From assembly GCA_051252135.1 (NCBI GenBank), contig JBPOGH010000001.1, positions 512,001-576,000 of the forward strand: a stretch of 64,000 bases of DNA, read 5' to 3'. Below the pieces are notes generated by a model. The model saw only the letters and a list, made by a program, of their open reading frames with translations. It did no database searches and was not told the origin of the DNA. The position numbers were made by a program, and so were the translations under genes. The stretch is from Verrucomicrobiaceae bacterium (GTDB lineage Bacteria > Verrucomicrobiota > Verrucomicrobiia > Verrucomicrobiales > Akkermansiaceae). This document shows positions 9,574-19,699 of the stretch, piece after piece. Numbering within the stretch: the first letter of the stretch is position 1; the number at the start of each line of letters is the position of its first letter.

Positions 9574-12228
9574 GTGGACTCCCTCTCTGATCGCATCAAC
9601 CAGGCTGAACTCGACCTCCGCTCTTTGCACGAGGAAGCGCGCCGTCTGGGAATCTCACTCCGTGAAATCAAAACCCTCGCAGAGCAGCAGCCCGCAGAGG
9701 AATCAACACCTTCCCCCGCCGAACTCCTCACCCCCCCGCCCCTTCCCTCCCAACCCGAGACATGGATCGAGCCCGCGATCGAGCAGCCCGAGCTGGAAAA
9801 AGATTCTCCACCCGCTCGAAAGCCCGTTAAAAAACAGTCACTCCCCGCCTATTCCGGAAAGCTGGAACTCGAGTTGGGCCGCGTATGGTTTGTCCGTCTC
9901 GGCATCGTCCTCCTCACCACCGGCCTCGTCTTCCTGAGCAGCTACACCTATAAAAATTTCATCCACGATCTCAGTCCCGGCATCCGTCTGGGCCTTCTCT
10001 ACCTCGTCTCCATATCCCTAACCGGAATCGGACTCTTCTGTGAACAATGGAAGCCCAACCTCCGCCAATGGGGTCGAATCGTCGCAGCCGGTGGACTTGC
10101 CTCGATTTACTACACCAGTTTTGCCGCGCACAATGTCGCGCCCCTCAAGGTCATCGAATCTCCGGTGACAGGCTCGATTCTCCTCCTTGCAACGGCCGTC
10201 CTCTGCGGCGCCATCTCCGTATGGAAAGACTCCAAACTCCTTCTCGGCACCAGCATCGCCCTTGCCTTCTACAGCATCACCCTCAACCCCCTCGGTTGGA
10301 TGGTCGGTATCTTCATCCTTCTCCTTACGATCGGAGGAAGTCTCATCGCCCATCGCAAACAATGGCCTGAAATCCTCCACTTGGGCCTCGTCGGCAGCTA
10401 CCTCACCTACACCATCTCTGCCCTCACCTCCCTCGCCTTCTACGAGGAAACCCGCTGGTTCCTCGTCGCCTTCTGGGCTCTCTTTGTCGTGCTCACCTTT
10501 ACCGAAAAAATTGCCGGGCACCGCCTCTTCTCTTCCATCAACCACACCGCCTTCTTCACCCTCTTTTCGTTCAACCCCGCCACTTGGGAGAGAATGGACG
10601 GGCACTGGAGCTTCTGCCTGATCCTCGGAGCAGCTCTCATCGCCATAGGTCTCTCCGCCCGTGAACGCTTCCCCCGCGAATCCGTCCTCCTCCATCTCAT
10701 CAATGGCTTGGGCCTGATCACTCTGGGAATCATTCTCAAACTCTCCGGCCATCACCTCTTTATCACCCTCCTCGTCGAATCGATTTTCCTCATCGCGCTC
10801 GCACTCAAAATCAAAAAACCACTCCTCGCATTCGCTTCTTGTGCCATTGCAGGCATATCCATCATCGCAGGATTTCTCAACCAACACGAGGTTCCGGGAG
10901 AAGCCTGGGGACTGTGCGGTCTTCTATGGATGATCTTCGCCATCCTTCACCGCTTGAATTCTGGTGAAAAAGAGGCCCCTCACCTCATCGGACTCATCGG
11001 CTTTGCCGCTGCGACGCTCGCTCTTGTCTTCGGAGCCTTTAAAGAAGCTGACCCTGGTATTCTCGCTCTGACCGTTTCACTGATCGGCCTCGGCACGACA
11101 GCCCTCCACTGGAAAAAAATCCAGCTCCGCCACCTCACCGATGCCTACTTGATAGCAGCCGCCGCAAGCCCTCTTGCCTTGCTTTATCTGATTGCCGCTT
11201 CGTCACATTCTACACTCCTAATCAGCGGGCTTTTGGTATCGGCAGCTCTCTCCTTCCTCCATCATCGACAGGTCTCCTCTTCCATGGGGCCCAATTTAAA
11301 AGAGCTCCATGAAGCCCTCCACCATGGCCTTTACGCCCTCTCCTTTGGATTCGCCGCTTCAGCCATCCATCACGGAATTCCAGCCGAAGCCCTTCGCATG
11401 CTCCTCTTTCTCACCCTGCCTCTCATCGGCACGCTGATCGCCCGGAAAACCAATACCCCCATCCACGCCACCATTTCCTATTTTACCTATCTGGGTCTGC
11501 TTGGACATTTCTCCTTCGAAAGCATTCCACTCCTTGGCGGACTCATAATTCTCATCATTCATCTGATCATCCTACGGCACTTCTATCTCCTCCCCAATCG
11601 CCCCGTCCTCGAATCCATTTCCTTCCTGGGTGCCGCTACCCTGTGGTTTTCTTGGCTGGCCTGGAATCTGAGCCAAGGATCCGAACCCTTCGTCATCCTA
11701 AGCTGGAGTGGAGCGGGAATTCTCCTGCTCGACCGTCTTTACCCACGAACATTGGTAACTCTCGCCGCCATCCCGTTCATAGCACTCGGCATTGTTGGTG
11801 CATGGCTGGTTTCAGGCTTCGGCAATCAAACCTTCGGACAAGTCTACTGGGGACTCCTGCCCCTCATCATCATGCATTTGGGGGCCGTTAATTTTCGCCT
11901 TCCTCATCGCCACACCATCTTGGGAACCATCGCCCTCCTCTTCCTATGGGTCACCATAAGTTCTGATGTCTCGGCGGACCGCCTCGCCGTGTCATGGGCC
12001 CTTCTTGGCACCTTCACCTTGATCGCCGGACTCATTTTCAAAAGCCGGCCCTTCCGGGTCGTGGCCCTCATCATTATCGCCAGCAGCCTTGCCCACATCA
12101 TGCTCGTCGACATCATCAAGCTCGACCCCCTTCCTCGAATCCTTAGCTTCATCACTCTTGGCATCGGTCTCCTCGGGCTGGGATTCATCTACAATCGCTG
12201 GCAGGACAAACTGAAACAAATCTTGTGA
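9574..12228 (+). CDS. DUF2339-type polytopic membrane protein
   Basis: Pro-rich linker, LELELGRVWFVRLG, many TM helices, C-terminal RILSFITLG. Confidence 0.8.
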   Translation: MDSLSDRINQAELDLRSLHEEARRLGISLREIKTLAEQQPAEESTPSPAELLTPPPLPSQPETWIEPAIEQPELEKDSPPARKPVKKQSLPAYSGKLELELGRVWFVRLGIVLLTTGLVFLSSYTYKNFIHDLSPGIRLGLLYLVSISLTGIGLFCEQWKPNLRQWGRIVAAGGLASIYYTSFAAHNVAPLKVIESPVTGSILLLATAVLCGAISVWKDSKLLLGTSIALAFYSITLNPLGWMVGIFILLLTIGGSLIAHRKQWPEILHLGLVGSYLTYTISALTSLAFYEETRWFLVAFWALFVVLTFTEKIAGHRLFSSINHTAFFTLFSFNPATWERMDGHWSFCLILGAALIAIGLSARERFPRESVLLHLINGLGLITLGIILKLSGHHLFITLLVESIFLIALALKIKKPLLAFASCAIAGISIIAGFLNQHEVPGEAWGLCGLLWMIFAILHRLNSGEKEAPHLIGLIGFAAATLALVFGAFKEADPGILALTVSLIGLGTTALHWKKIQLRHLTDAYLIAAAASPLALLYLIAASSHSTLLISGLLVSAALSFLHHRQVSSSMGPNLKELHEALHHGLYALSFGFAASAIHHGIPAEALRMLLFLTLPLIGTLIARKTNTPIHATISYFTYLGLLGHFSFESIPLLGGLIILIIHLIILRHFYLLPNRPVLESISFLGAATLWFSWLAWNLSQGSEPFVILSWSGAGILLLDRLYPRTLVTLAAIPFIALGIVGAWLVSGFGNQTFGQVYWGLLPLIIMHLGAVNFRLPHRHTILGTIALLFLWVTISSDVSADRLAVSWALLGTFTLIAGLIFKSRPFRVVALIIIASSLAHIMLVDIIKLDPLPRILSFITLGIGLLGLGFIYNRWQDKLKQIL

Positions 12229-12257
12229 TCCCGTGAACGGCCTGACTGACTTCCGGC

Positions 12258-12710
12258 ATGCGTGTGGTGCTTCAACGGGTCAGTCAGGCTTCCGTCTCCG
12301 TCGACCAAAAAATGATCTCCCAAATTGAACGGGGCTTCCTCATCCTTCTCGGAATCGAAGAGATTGATGGACCCGATGACATCGCCTGGCTGGTCGGAAA
12401 AATCAGCAAGTTGCGGGTCTTCGAAGATGGCGATGGCAAAATGAATCTATCAATCACCGATCTCGGAGGCTCCGCACTTGTCGTGAGTCAGTTCACCCTC
12501 CACGCCAGCACCAAAAAAGGGAACCGACCTAGCTTCATCAAAGCCGCCCGCCCCGAACTCGCCGAACCACTCTACCAAAAATTTTGCACCAGCCTCGAAC
12601 AAGCGTTGGCTACTCCCGTCAGTCGGGGCCGCTTCGGACCACACATGGATGTCGCACTCGTCAACGACGGTCCCGTCACCATTCTCATCGACTCCCAAAA
12701 CCGGGAGTAA
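12258..12710 (+). CDS. dtd: D-aminoacyl-tRNA deacylase
   Basis: MRVVLQRV, SQFTL, GNRPSF, NDGPVT. Confidence 0.95.
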   Translation: MRVVLQRVSQASVSVDQKMISQIERGFLILLGIEEIDGPDDIAWLVGKISKLRVFEDGDGKMNLSITDLGGSALVVSQFTLHASTKKGNRPSFIKAARPELAEPLYQKFCTSLEQALATPVSRGRFGPHMDVALVNDGPVTILIDSQNRE

Positions 12711-12713
12711 CGG

Positions 12714-13685
12714 TCACTCCTTAAGCCTTACCGACGTTCCGCAATAAATGCAGCGGAACCACTTGAACACAATCATGTGCACGCTGGTTGGCAAAATATA
12801 ACCGATCAAAGGAATATGATGCGCCTTGACGTGTCGCCGACACGCCTTCGGCCAAAAGGCCGGCTGTCCGCAAATCCGGCACTTGACCGGAACCGCAAAC
12901 ATCAAATAGAGCAACCCAAAGAACACCAACGCTGCTGGAATGGCAAACCACCACAGGTTGTTTGTTGCCACGATCATTCCTCCCGCCACCAACGTGGCTG
13001 GAATCAGAATAAGCACCAGAATGGAAATCACCGCACCAAATTTCACCTTGGCGACCTGGGGGTGCAGCACACCACGGATATAACTCCGCGAGTGTTCCTT
13101 CTTTCCGGCATTCAGCCCGGGGCTCACGGAGGTCCGGATATCGCGGGGCTTGGACGGCAGAGGCTCGACTTGCGCCTTCGGAATCTCCACTTCGAGTGGT
13201 TTGGATTTCGAAGGTTTCTTGGGCTCCGGGATCAGCCCCTCCGGTGGGGTGTTCTCCTCGAACTCCTTCTCTCTCTTGGGCTTAGGAGCTGGAGACGCCT
13301 TAACCTTTGCTTCCGGTAACCCGGTTTCCATAATGGGCACATCACCCACCTTGATTCCCTGTCCGGCCAAACTTTTCCCAGGGACCGGAATGGCTACCAT
13401 CAACTCATCCGGAAGCGCTTCCGAAACATCCAGCTTGGTGACATGATCCTCGGGATCGTATCCGGTGATCTCGCGTGCCGTTTCGATCCACTTGAGAATT
13501 TCGGATGTCGAAGGGTTGCTCTTCCTGATCGAGAGAATCTGATTGGCCTTGGCCAACTCCAGATAAAGGCCATCCGCATCACTCTCGGCCAGTTGATGGA
13601 TCGATTCCACCCCCACTGCTTCCAGCAGCTCACAGCTAAGCTTCCCCAGACCGGGGACTTCATCGAGTGTTGGGGAGATTGGCAT
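12714..13685 (-). CDS. DUF4332/HhH-like N-terminal domain, two TM helices and Cys/His-rich C-terminus
   Basis: LDEVPGLG..LLEAVGV..LA..WIETA; CRICG and CIYCG motifs. Confidence 0.7.
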   Translation of the reverse strand: MPISPTLDEVPGLGKLSCELLEAVGVESIHQLAESDADGLYLELAKANQILSIRKSNPSTSEILKWIETAREITGYDPEDHVTKLDVSEALPDELMVAIPVPGKSLAGQGIKVGDVPIMETGLPEAKVKASPAPKPKREKEFEENTPPEGLIPEPKKPSKSKPLEVEIPKAQVEPLPSKPRDIRTSVSPGLNAGKKEHSRSYIRGVLHPQVAKVKFGAVISILVLILIPATLVAGGMIVATNNLWWFAIPAALVFFGLLYLMFAVPVKCRICGQPAFWPKACRRHVKAHHIPLIGYILPTSVHMIVFKWFRCIYCGTSVRLKE

Positions 13686-13736
13686 CCGGATGGGAATTGA
13701 AGATATTTTGAGGTCTCTTGAACAGACAAAACCACC

Positions 13737-16430
13737 CTAACCGAGGTCGGCATACATCTTTTTAAGCTGTGCAAGCTGGGTTTCCCACTCGGAGAGACGC
13801 GCCCGCTCCTGATCCACCACCTCGGGCTTCGCATTGGCCACAAATTTCTCATTACCCAGCTTATTCCGGGACTTTGCGACCTCCTTCTCTATCTTCTCCA
13901 CTTCCTTTTCAAGGCGGGCCTTCTCGGCCGCGACATCGATCAGCCCATCAAGTGGCATAAACAGCTCCCCTGCCGGAGTCACCGCACCCGGAGTGCCCTG
14001 TTCAGGATCGTATCCTTCATCACGGGTGACGGACTCCGAGCCGACCAGCAATGACAACGTCGCAGCTTCGTCCTCCAGCCAAGCCGGCCCGCTCTTGGCG
14101 ATAAATCTCACATCCTTGCGGGCTGCCAATCGATATTCCGCTTTCAAGTTCCTCAAACGTCCGGCCGTCTCATACACTGCCGTGGCCTTTTCCCGGCCTT
14201 CAACCACCTGATTCCCGTCAATCCCGTCCAACAAGGTCTTTGCCGGTAGAACCTTCAGCATCAGAAACTCCCCTTCCGCAAGGTAGCCCATCCGTGAACT
14301 CAGCTCCTCGGTCAGGTGCGGCATATAGGGGTGAAGACACTGAAGATAGCGCGCCATCACCGAATCAAACACCGCCAGCGTGGCCTCTCGGGCCTCCGGC
14401 GGAGCATCTTCACGCAAGTCCAGCTTCACCGCTTCCAGAAATCTGTCGCAAAACTCCGCCCACAGAAAGTCATAGAGCAACGAACCCACTTCGTTGAAAC
14501 GATAGTCGGCATAGGCTCCCTCCAGCTTCACCGCCAACTCATCGCATCGGGCCAAAATGTCCAAATGATACGGACGCAAGGCCACCGACTTCAAATCGAC
14601 ATCCAGCAGCGGCTCGCTACCTGCCATCCGGCGGAACCGGCAGGCGTTGTAAATCTTGTTCGCGAAGTTGCGTCCTTCTTCGATCTGGACCTCGTCAAAC
14701 CGAACATCCGAACCTACCGGGGCGATCCGCATCAAACCAAACCGAAGTCCGTCCGCCCCATACTTCTCCATCAAATCGATCGGATCCGGAGAATTCCCCA
14801 GCGACTTGCTCATCTTGCGACCTTGCAAATCCCGTATGATCGCCGTGAAAAAGACGTTCTTGAATGGCAACTCACCCTTGAAGCGATAGCCCGCCATGAT
14901 CATCCGCGCCACCCAGAAGAAAATGATATCGGGACCGGTGACGAGATCCGCGGTCGGATAAAACTTCTTCACCAAATCCGACTCCTCGTCGGAATTCTGC
15001 ATCGTCGCAAAGGGCCATAGCCAGGAGCTAAACCACGTATCCAAAACATCATTGTCCTGCACCCAATTCTCAGGATCGGCCGGGGGATCGGCACTCACAT
15101 GCAAGTCCCCTGCCGCCAGATTGTCCAGCGTGAGAGACTCCGCTTCCTGCAAGGAATCAACTTTCTCCTTTCGATACCAAACCGGAATGCGATGCCCCCA
15201 CCAAAGCTGGCGCGAGACACACCAATCCTGGATATTGCCCATCCAATTGGCATGCGTTCTGGCCCAATGGGCCGGACGATAGGTGATTTCGCCGCTCGCC
15301 ACCGCATCCGCGGTCTCTTGCGTCGCCGGATACCTGAGGAACCACTGCATCGAAATGCGGGGCTCAATTGGCACATCCGCGCGCTCCGAAAAGCCCACGT
15401 TGTTCTCATGCTCCTCGATCTTGATCATCAGTCCCCGCTCCTCTAGCATCGCTGCCGCCTTCTTACGGGCCACAAAACGATCCAAACCATCCAGCTCGGG
15501 CACCTCCGGACAGTTCACCGTCGCATCCGCATGGAAAACGTCGATGATTTCCAGGTTGTTCCGCATCCCGATCTCAAAGTCCGCCTTGTCATGGGCCGGC
15601 GTGATTTTCAGCGCACCGGTTCCAAATTCGGGGTCCACGTGGTCATCCGCCACCACCGGGATTTCCGCTGCCGGGAAAGGTCGCCGCACCAGCTTCCCAA
15701 CATATTTTCCATAACGCTCATCCTTCGGATTCACCGCCACGGCCACATCACCCATCAAGGTCTCGGGACGCGTTGTGGCCACTTCCAAAAACTGACCCGG
15801 CTCATCAACCAACTCATACTTCATGTAGTAGAGCTTCGAGTTCTGCGCCTTCGGAATCACTTCCTCGTCGGAAAGCGCCGTAAGCGACACCGGACACCAG
15901 TTCACCATCCGCTTGCCCCGATACACCAGACCCTCATTGAACAGATCGGCAAACACCTTGGACACCCACTTCGAATAATCTTCATCCATCGTGAAGCGCT
16001 CACGACTCCAATCGCAGGAGCATCCCAGACGCTTCAGCTGTTTAATAATGATCCCGCCATGCTTCTCCTTCCAATCCCACACCTTTTCCAGAAATGCCTC
16101 GCGTCCAATATCACGACGCGTCTTCCCTTCCTCATCGCGCAGCTGCCGCTCCACCTTCGTCTGGGTCGCAATCCCCGCATGATCCGTTCCCGGAAGCCAA
16201 AGGACCTCGCACCCCTTCTGACGCGCACGCCGGGCCAGAATATCCTGAATCGTGTTATTGAGAACGTGCCCAAGGTGCAAAATCCCCGTGACATTCGGCG
16301 GCGGAATCACGATCGAATACGGAGGCTTCTCCGAGTTCGCATCCGCTTCGAAACACTTCGCGTCAAGCCAAGCCTGATACCAGGACTTCTCAACTTCATT
16401 GGGCTCATAGGCCTTGGGCAATTCAGACAT
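13737..16430 (-). CDS. valS: Valine--tRNA ligase
   Basis: PPPNVTG, HLGH, DWCVSRQLWWGH, KMSKS, C-terminal coiled coil. Confidence 0.98.
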   Translation of the reverse strand: MSELPKAYEPNEVEKSWYQAWLDAKCFEADANSEKPPYSIVIPPPNVTGILHLGHVLNNTIQDILARRARQKGCEVLWLPGTDHAGIATQTKVERQLRDEEGKTRRDIGREAFLEKVWDWKEKHGGIIIKQLKRLGCSCDWSRERFTMDEDYSKWVSKVFADLFNEGLVYRGKRMVNWCPVSLTALSDEEVIPKAQNSKLYYMKYELVDEPGQFLEVATTRPETLMGDVAVAVNPKDERYGKYVGKLVRRPFPAAEIPVVADDHVDPEFGTGALKITPAHDKADFEIGMRNNLEIIDVFHADATVNCPEVPELDGLDRFVARKKAAAMLEERGLMIKIEEHENNVGFSERADVPIEPRISMQWFLRYPATQETADAVASGEITYRPAHWARTHANWMGNIQDWCVSRQLWWGHRIPVWYRKEKVDSLQEAESLTLDNLAAGDLHVSADPPADPENWVQDNDVLDTWFSSWLWPFATMQNSDEESDLVKKFYPTADLVTGPDIIFFWVARMIMAGYRFKGELPFKNVFFTAIIRDLQGRKMSKSLGNSPDPIDLMEKYGADGLRFGLMRIAPVGSDVRFDEVQIEEGRNFANKIYNACRFRRMAGSEPLLDVDLKSVALRPYHLDILARCDELAVKLEGAYADYRFNEVGSLLYDFLWAEFCDRFLEAVKLDLREDAPPEAREATLAVFDSVMARYLQCLHPYMPHLTEELSSRMGYLAEGEFLMLKVLPAKTLLDGIDGNQVVEGREKATAVYETAGRLRNLKAEYRLAARKDVRFIAKSGPAWLEDEAATLSLLVGSESVTRDEGYDPEQGTPGAVTPAGELFMPLDGLIDVAAEKARLEKEVEKIEKEVAKSRNKLGNEKFVANAKPEVVDQERARLSEWETQLAQLKKMYADLG

Positions 16431-16538
16431 CGCGGGGTGGAAATGGCAGAGCCTCCCCCCTTTTTCAAGCCTGTCCTCGAATACCTTCCGGAATCCTAAC
16501 TTGAAGAATAATGCCCGCCACTCTACAACCTAAATCCA

Positions 16539-19187
16539 ATGCGGAGCAAAGGCATCTTTTTCAGCCTTCTGGCCATGGCTCTCAATGCCTCTGGTCAGGC
16601 CCCCTCCTTGGAACAAGCTCTTGATGATTCCACCCTCTCCTGGACCAACACCGGCACCATCCGCTTTTTCGGAGCACCTGATCCCACCGCAATTGGTGGA
16701 AGCCGCGCCCTTGCAACCCTTCCACCCTATCAATCGGCTGAACTCAGCACGACCATTCCCGGCTCAGGAATCATCGATTTCTCAATCGCCGGCGGTCTCC
16801 TCTCCCGATGGACGGCAAAAATCGACGACACCCCACTCAATCTCTCCGTGCGAACCTGGCCCTACGGTTTCCGCGTAAAAGGAGAGGGTCCTCATACCTT
16901 AACCATCACGTACAACGGCAGATCGGGCGAAGAATCAGTCAGTGTCGACAACGTCATTTTCCGTCCGGATCGATCTGTCTCCCTCACCGAAGCCCTCGAC
17001 CGCGATCGCCAGTCCTGGCTCTCCCCTGACAACACGAAATGGGTCGGCAGCCCCTACTTCTCCCTCGATGGAAATGATGCCGCCTGGTGCGGGGGCCTCG
17101 CCGATGGCGAAACGTCGACCTTAAAAACCTTCGTCCAAGGCCCCGCTGAATTCAGCTTCTGGTGGCAAATCACTACCGGCAGCTACACCCTCGGAGATCT
17201 CCTGATCGATGGCCGGGTCATCGAAGAAATCGCCTCACCTCGACAGGGTTCCTGGGAAAAAATCACGGCCACTGTTGGCCCGGGAAGACACCAAATCGAG
17301 ATCAGAGCCACCGGCCGCGATCCCTGGCGCGAGAGTCCCGCTAGAGGCCTCTGGGTCGACCAATTTTCAGTAGCCCCCCTCTTTGGTGGAACCCTCTCCA
17401 GCCTCGCCTCCCCGCCTGTGGGCACCCTGGCATCAGGCCACTTCTTTCCACCCCCTCCCGGAAGCGAAAATTCAACATCGCTGGGTGTCTCCTCCCCAAA
17501 TCACCGGGAAGCGCGCCTCTATTGGCCTTTGGAAGAAAGCCCGAAATTAAGACTCATTACCTTCTCCCACCGTAACACCGCCCCCTCCAACGTTTATGCT
17601 CTTGGCTCATCAGCCACATTTACCAGTGGCGAGGAATGGACTCAGACGGCCCTCAGAATCCCGCCCGGACAAGGTAAACTTCGGTTTCATGTCTACACCT
17701 CGGAGGAACCATGGATCGCCGAACTCGATAATCTCGTCATCCGGGAAATCACCCCCCTCCCGCTCTCCGATGCCCTCGGGCCCATTGCGGAGCAGCTCAC
17801 CGTGGACGGATGGCACGCTTGGCCAACCGATACCCCGGACGACCCTGTCGCCGGCTCCTCAATTTGGAATTCCACAATCCAAGGAACGATGAACGGCCCG
17901 TCCCTCTTGAAATTCGACCTTGCCGGTTCCGCCCCAGTCCTCGTCTCTCTCAACGGCAACACCATCCGGTTCATTTCCCAAACCGGAGAATCTTCCGTCT
18001 ACATCCCTCCCGGAGAACACTCAGTCCAACTGCAAAAACGCTCGGATGAATGGACCACCATCCGCAACCTCCGCCTGGAGCCCCTCCCGGAAATCCCCCT
18101 CGGCGAAGCAAGCGGATCACCGGAGCTCATCTTCACCGCAACGGGCACCCGGTATAATTCTGCGAAAAAGGAAACCATCTCCATCCCCGGCAACCCGTTT
18201 TGGGGAACTCCGGACGATGGCATCTATGTCAGTGCTGGTCAGGCCGAAAAACTCGAGCTGACCACCCAAATCACCGGCCCTTGCCTCTTCAGCTTCGAGC
18301 GACAATCCACCCTGAGCTCAGACGCCCCACTCCTTCCTCGAGCAACAAGAGGCACCCTCGACCTAAGCTCGGGCTCCACCTTCACCTCCACCGGTGTGAT
18401 CATCGTCACTCCGATCATTCCCGCATTCGACCCCGGAACCTCCCTGCTCGTCAACGGGCGTGAAACCTACATCACAGGCCGCAACGATGGATGGATCATC
18501 TCCATAGGCCCACTTCCAACTCGCCCCGTCGAACCCATGTCATCTTCCAACCCCGAAATCGTTTTGAATAAAAACATATCGAGCAGCCAAAATGGCACGA
18601 TTAGACTCGGTTGGGATTATACCGCCCGGCTAGGCAGAACCTTGGAAACACCTCGCGAAGGCTGGGAGAAACACGAACTCTACCTTGGCCCCGGGGAGCA
18701 CACTCTCACCTGGAAAGTAGGAGCGCCCAACGAATACCTCCTTTCCCGCACTCTTCGCCTCGCCAACTTAAACATCTCACCCGTCCTACCCTCCTACGCC
18801 GAATGGGCTGGCCAACATTGGTTTGCCGACCCTGAAGTCGAGAACGCCATCGCAAAGCTCTCCCCCTGGCAGGACCCCATCGCCGACCCAGACGAGGACG
18901 GCTACCCCAATTCTCTCGAGTACGCCTACGGCACAAACCCTCGTCTCAAAGAAGACTGCCCCCCCGCTCCCATCTTTGAAACCTCAGGTCAGCCCTGCGT
19001 CATCTGGCCATCACCCCCCACCACCACTTCCAATTTGCGAGTCTACCACTCCACCGATCTCACCACCTGGACCACCGAAGGCATCAACAATAGCCTCGTC
19101 CCCCAAGGCCTCCGGTCCCAAACTGCAACTCCTTCAACCAAGGCCTTTTTCCGCCTTGAAGCCGACGTCACCGTCCCCTCTGAATAA
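16539..19187 (+). CDS. Large secreted protein with about five degenerate beta-rich repeats and a conserved C-terminal module
   Basis: Signal peptide; recurring (S/P)LxxAL...GP...SF...(I/V)(D/N)G...GxH; ends DPDEDGYPNSLEYAYGTNP...STDLTTW...FFRL. Confidence 0.8.
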   Translation: MRSKGIFFSLLAMALNASGQAPSLEQALDDSTLSWTNTGTIRFFGAPDPTAIGGSRALATLPPYQSAELSTTIPGSGIIDFSIAGGLLSRWTAKIDDTPLNLSVRTWPYGFRVKGEGPHTLTITYNGRSGEESVSVDNVIFRPDRSVSLTEALDRDRQSWLSPDNTKWVGSPYFSLDGNDAAWCGGLADGETSTLKTFVQGPAEFSFWWQITTGSYTLGDLLIDGRVIEEIASPRQGSWEKITATVGPGRHQIEIRATGRDPWRESPARGLWVDQFSVAPLFGGTLSSLASPPVGTLASGHFFPPPPGSENSTSLGVSSPNHREARLYWPLEESPKLRLITFSHRNTAPSNVYALGSSATFTSGEEWTQTALRIPPGQGKLRFHVYTSEEPWIAELDNLVIREITPLPLSDALGPIAEQLTVDGWHAWPTDTPDDPVAGSSIWNSTIQGTMNGPSLLKFDLAGSAPVLVSLNGNTIRFISQTGESSVYIPPGEHSVQLQKRSDEWTTIRNLRLEPLPEIPLGEASGSPELIFTATGTRYNSAKKETISIPGNPFWGTPDDGIYVSAGQAEKLELTTQITGPCLFSFERQSTLSSDAPLLPRATRGTLDLSSGSTFTSTGVIIVTPIIPAFDPGTSLLVNGRETYITGRNDGWIISIGPLPTRPVEPMSSSNPEIVLNKNISSSQNGTIRLGWDYTARLGRTLETPREGWEKHELYLGPGEHTLTWKVGAPNEYLLSRTLRLANLNISPVLPSYAEWAGQHWFADPEVENAIAKLSPWQDPIADPDEDGYPNSLEYAYGTNPRLKEDCPPAPIFETSGQPCVIWPSPPTTTSNLRVYHSTDLTTWTTEGINNSLVPQGLRSQTATPSTKAFFRLEADVTVPSE

Positions 19188-19231
19188 CGATCCCGCCTTG
19201 TGATCGTCCACACTTCGCGTAGATTCCCCCC

Positions 19232-19699
19232 GTGAGCGATTTCGAAAACCGAGCCAAAGAGGCCCTTTCCAAACCCCAAAACGTTGGAGAAATGACCGAC
19301 GCCGATTCCGTCGGCACCGTCGGCTCTCCCGATTGCGGAGACATGCTTCGGATGTGGCTCAAATTCACCGAAAAAGACGGCAAAAAGGTCATCGACCGCG
19401 CCTCCTTCCAGGCCTTCGGCTGCCAAACCGCCATCGCCGTCGCCTCCATGGCCACCGAGCTCCTCAAAGGAAAAACCCCCGAGGAAGCCCGAAACCTCAA
19501 ACCCAATGAACTCTCCGGCGACCTCGGCCCACTGCCACCCATGAAAATCCACTGCGGCCAGCTCGTCGAACAAGCCCTCAAGAGCGCCCTCGACGGCGGA
19601 GCTCCCGTCGAGACCAAAGCCACCGCCTCCTTGGCCGGCCAACTTCAACCCCAGGCCGGAAAAATTAAGATCGTCCCGCTCAATGAGGACGAAAATTAG
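19232..19699 (+). CDS. iscU: IscU/NifU-N iron-sulfur cluster scaffold
   Basis: PDCGDML, FGCQTAIA, KIHC: three conserved Cys. Confidence 0.88.
   Translation: MSDFENRAKEALSKPQNVGEMTDADSVGTVGSPDCGDMLRMWLKFTEKDGKKVIDRASFQAFGCQTAIAVASMATELLKGKTPEEARNLKPNELSGDLGPLPPMKIHCGQLVEQALKSALDGGAPVETKATASLAGQLQPQAGKIKIVPLNEDEN

Noticed and set aside
10018..10887. 289-aa antisense ORF inside the DUF2339 gene
   Set aside because: Shadow ORF; its E/G/D-rich composition is the reverse complement of hydrophobic C-ending codons.
15531..16499. 322-aa plus-strand ORF opposite valS
   Set aside because: Almost wholly antisense to an essential gene, with no recognisable motifs.
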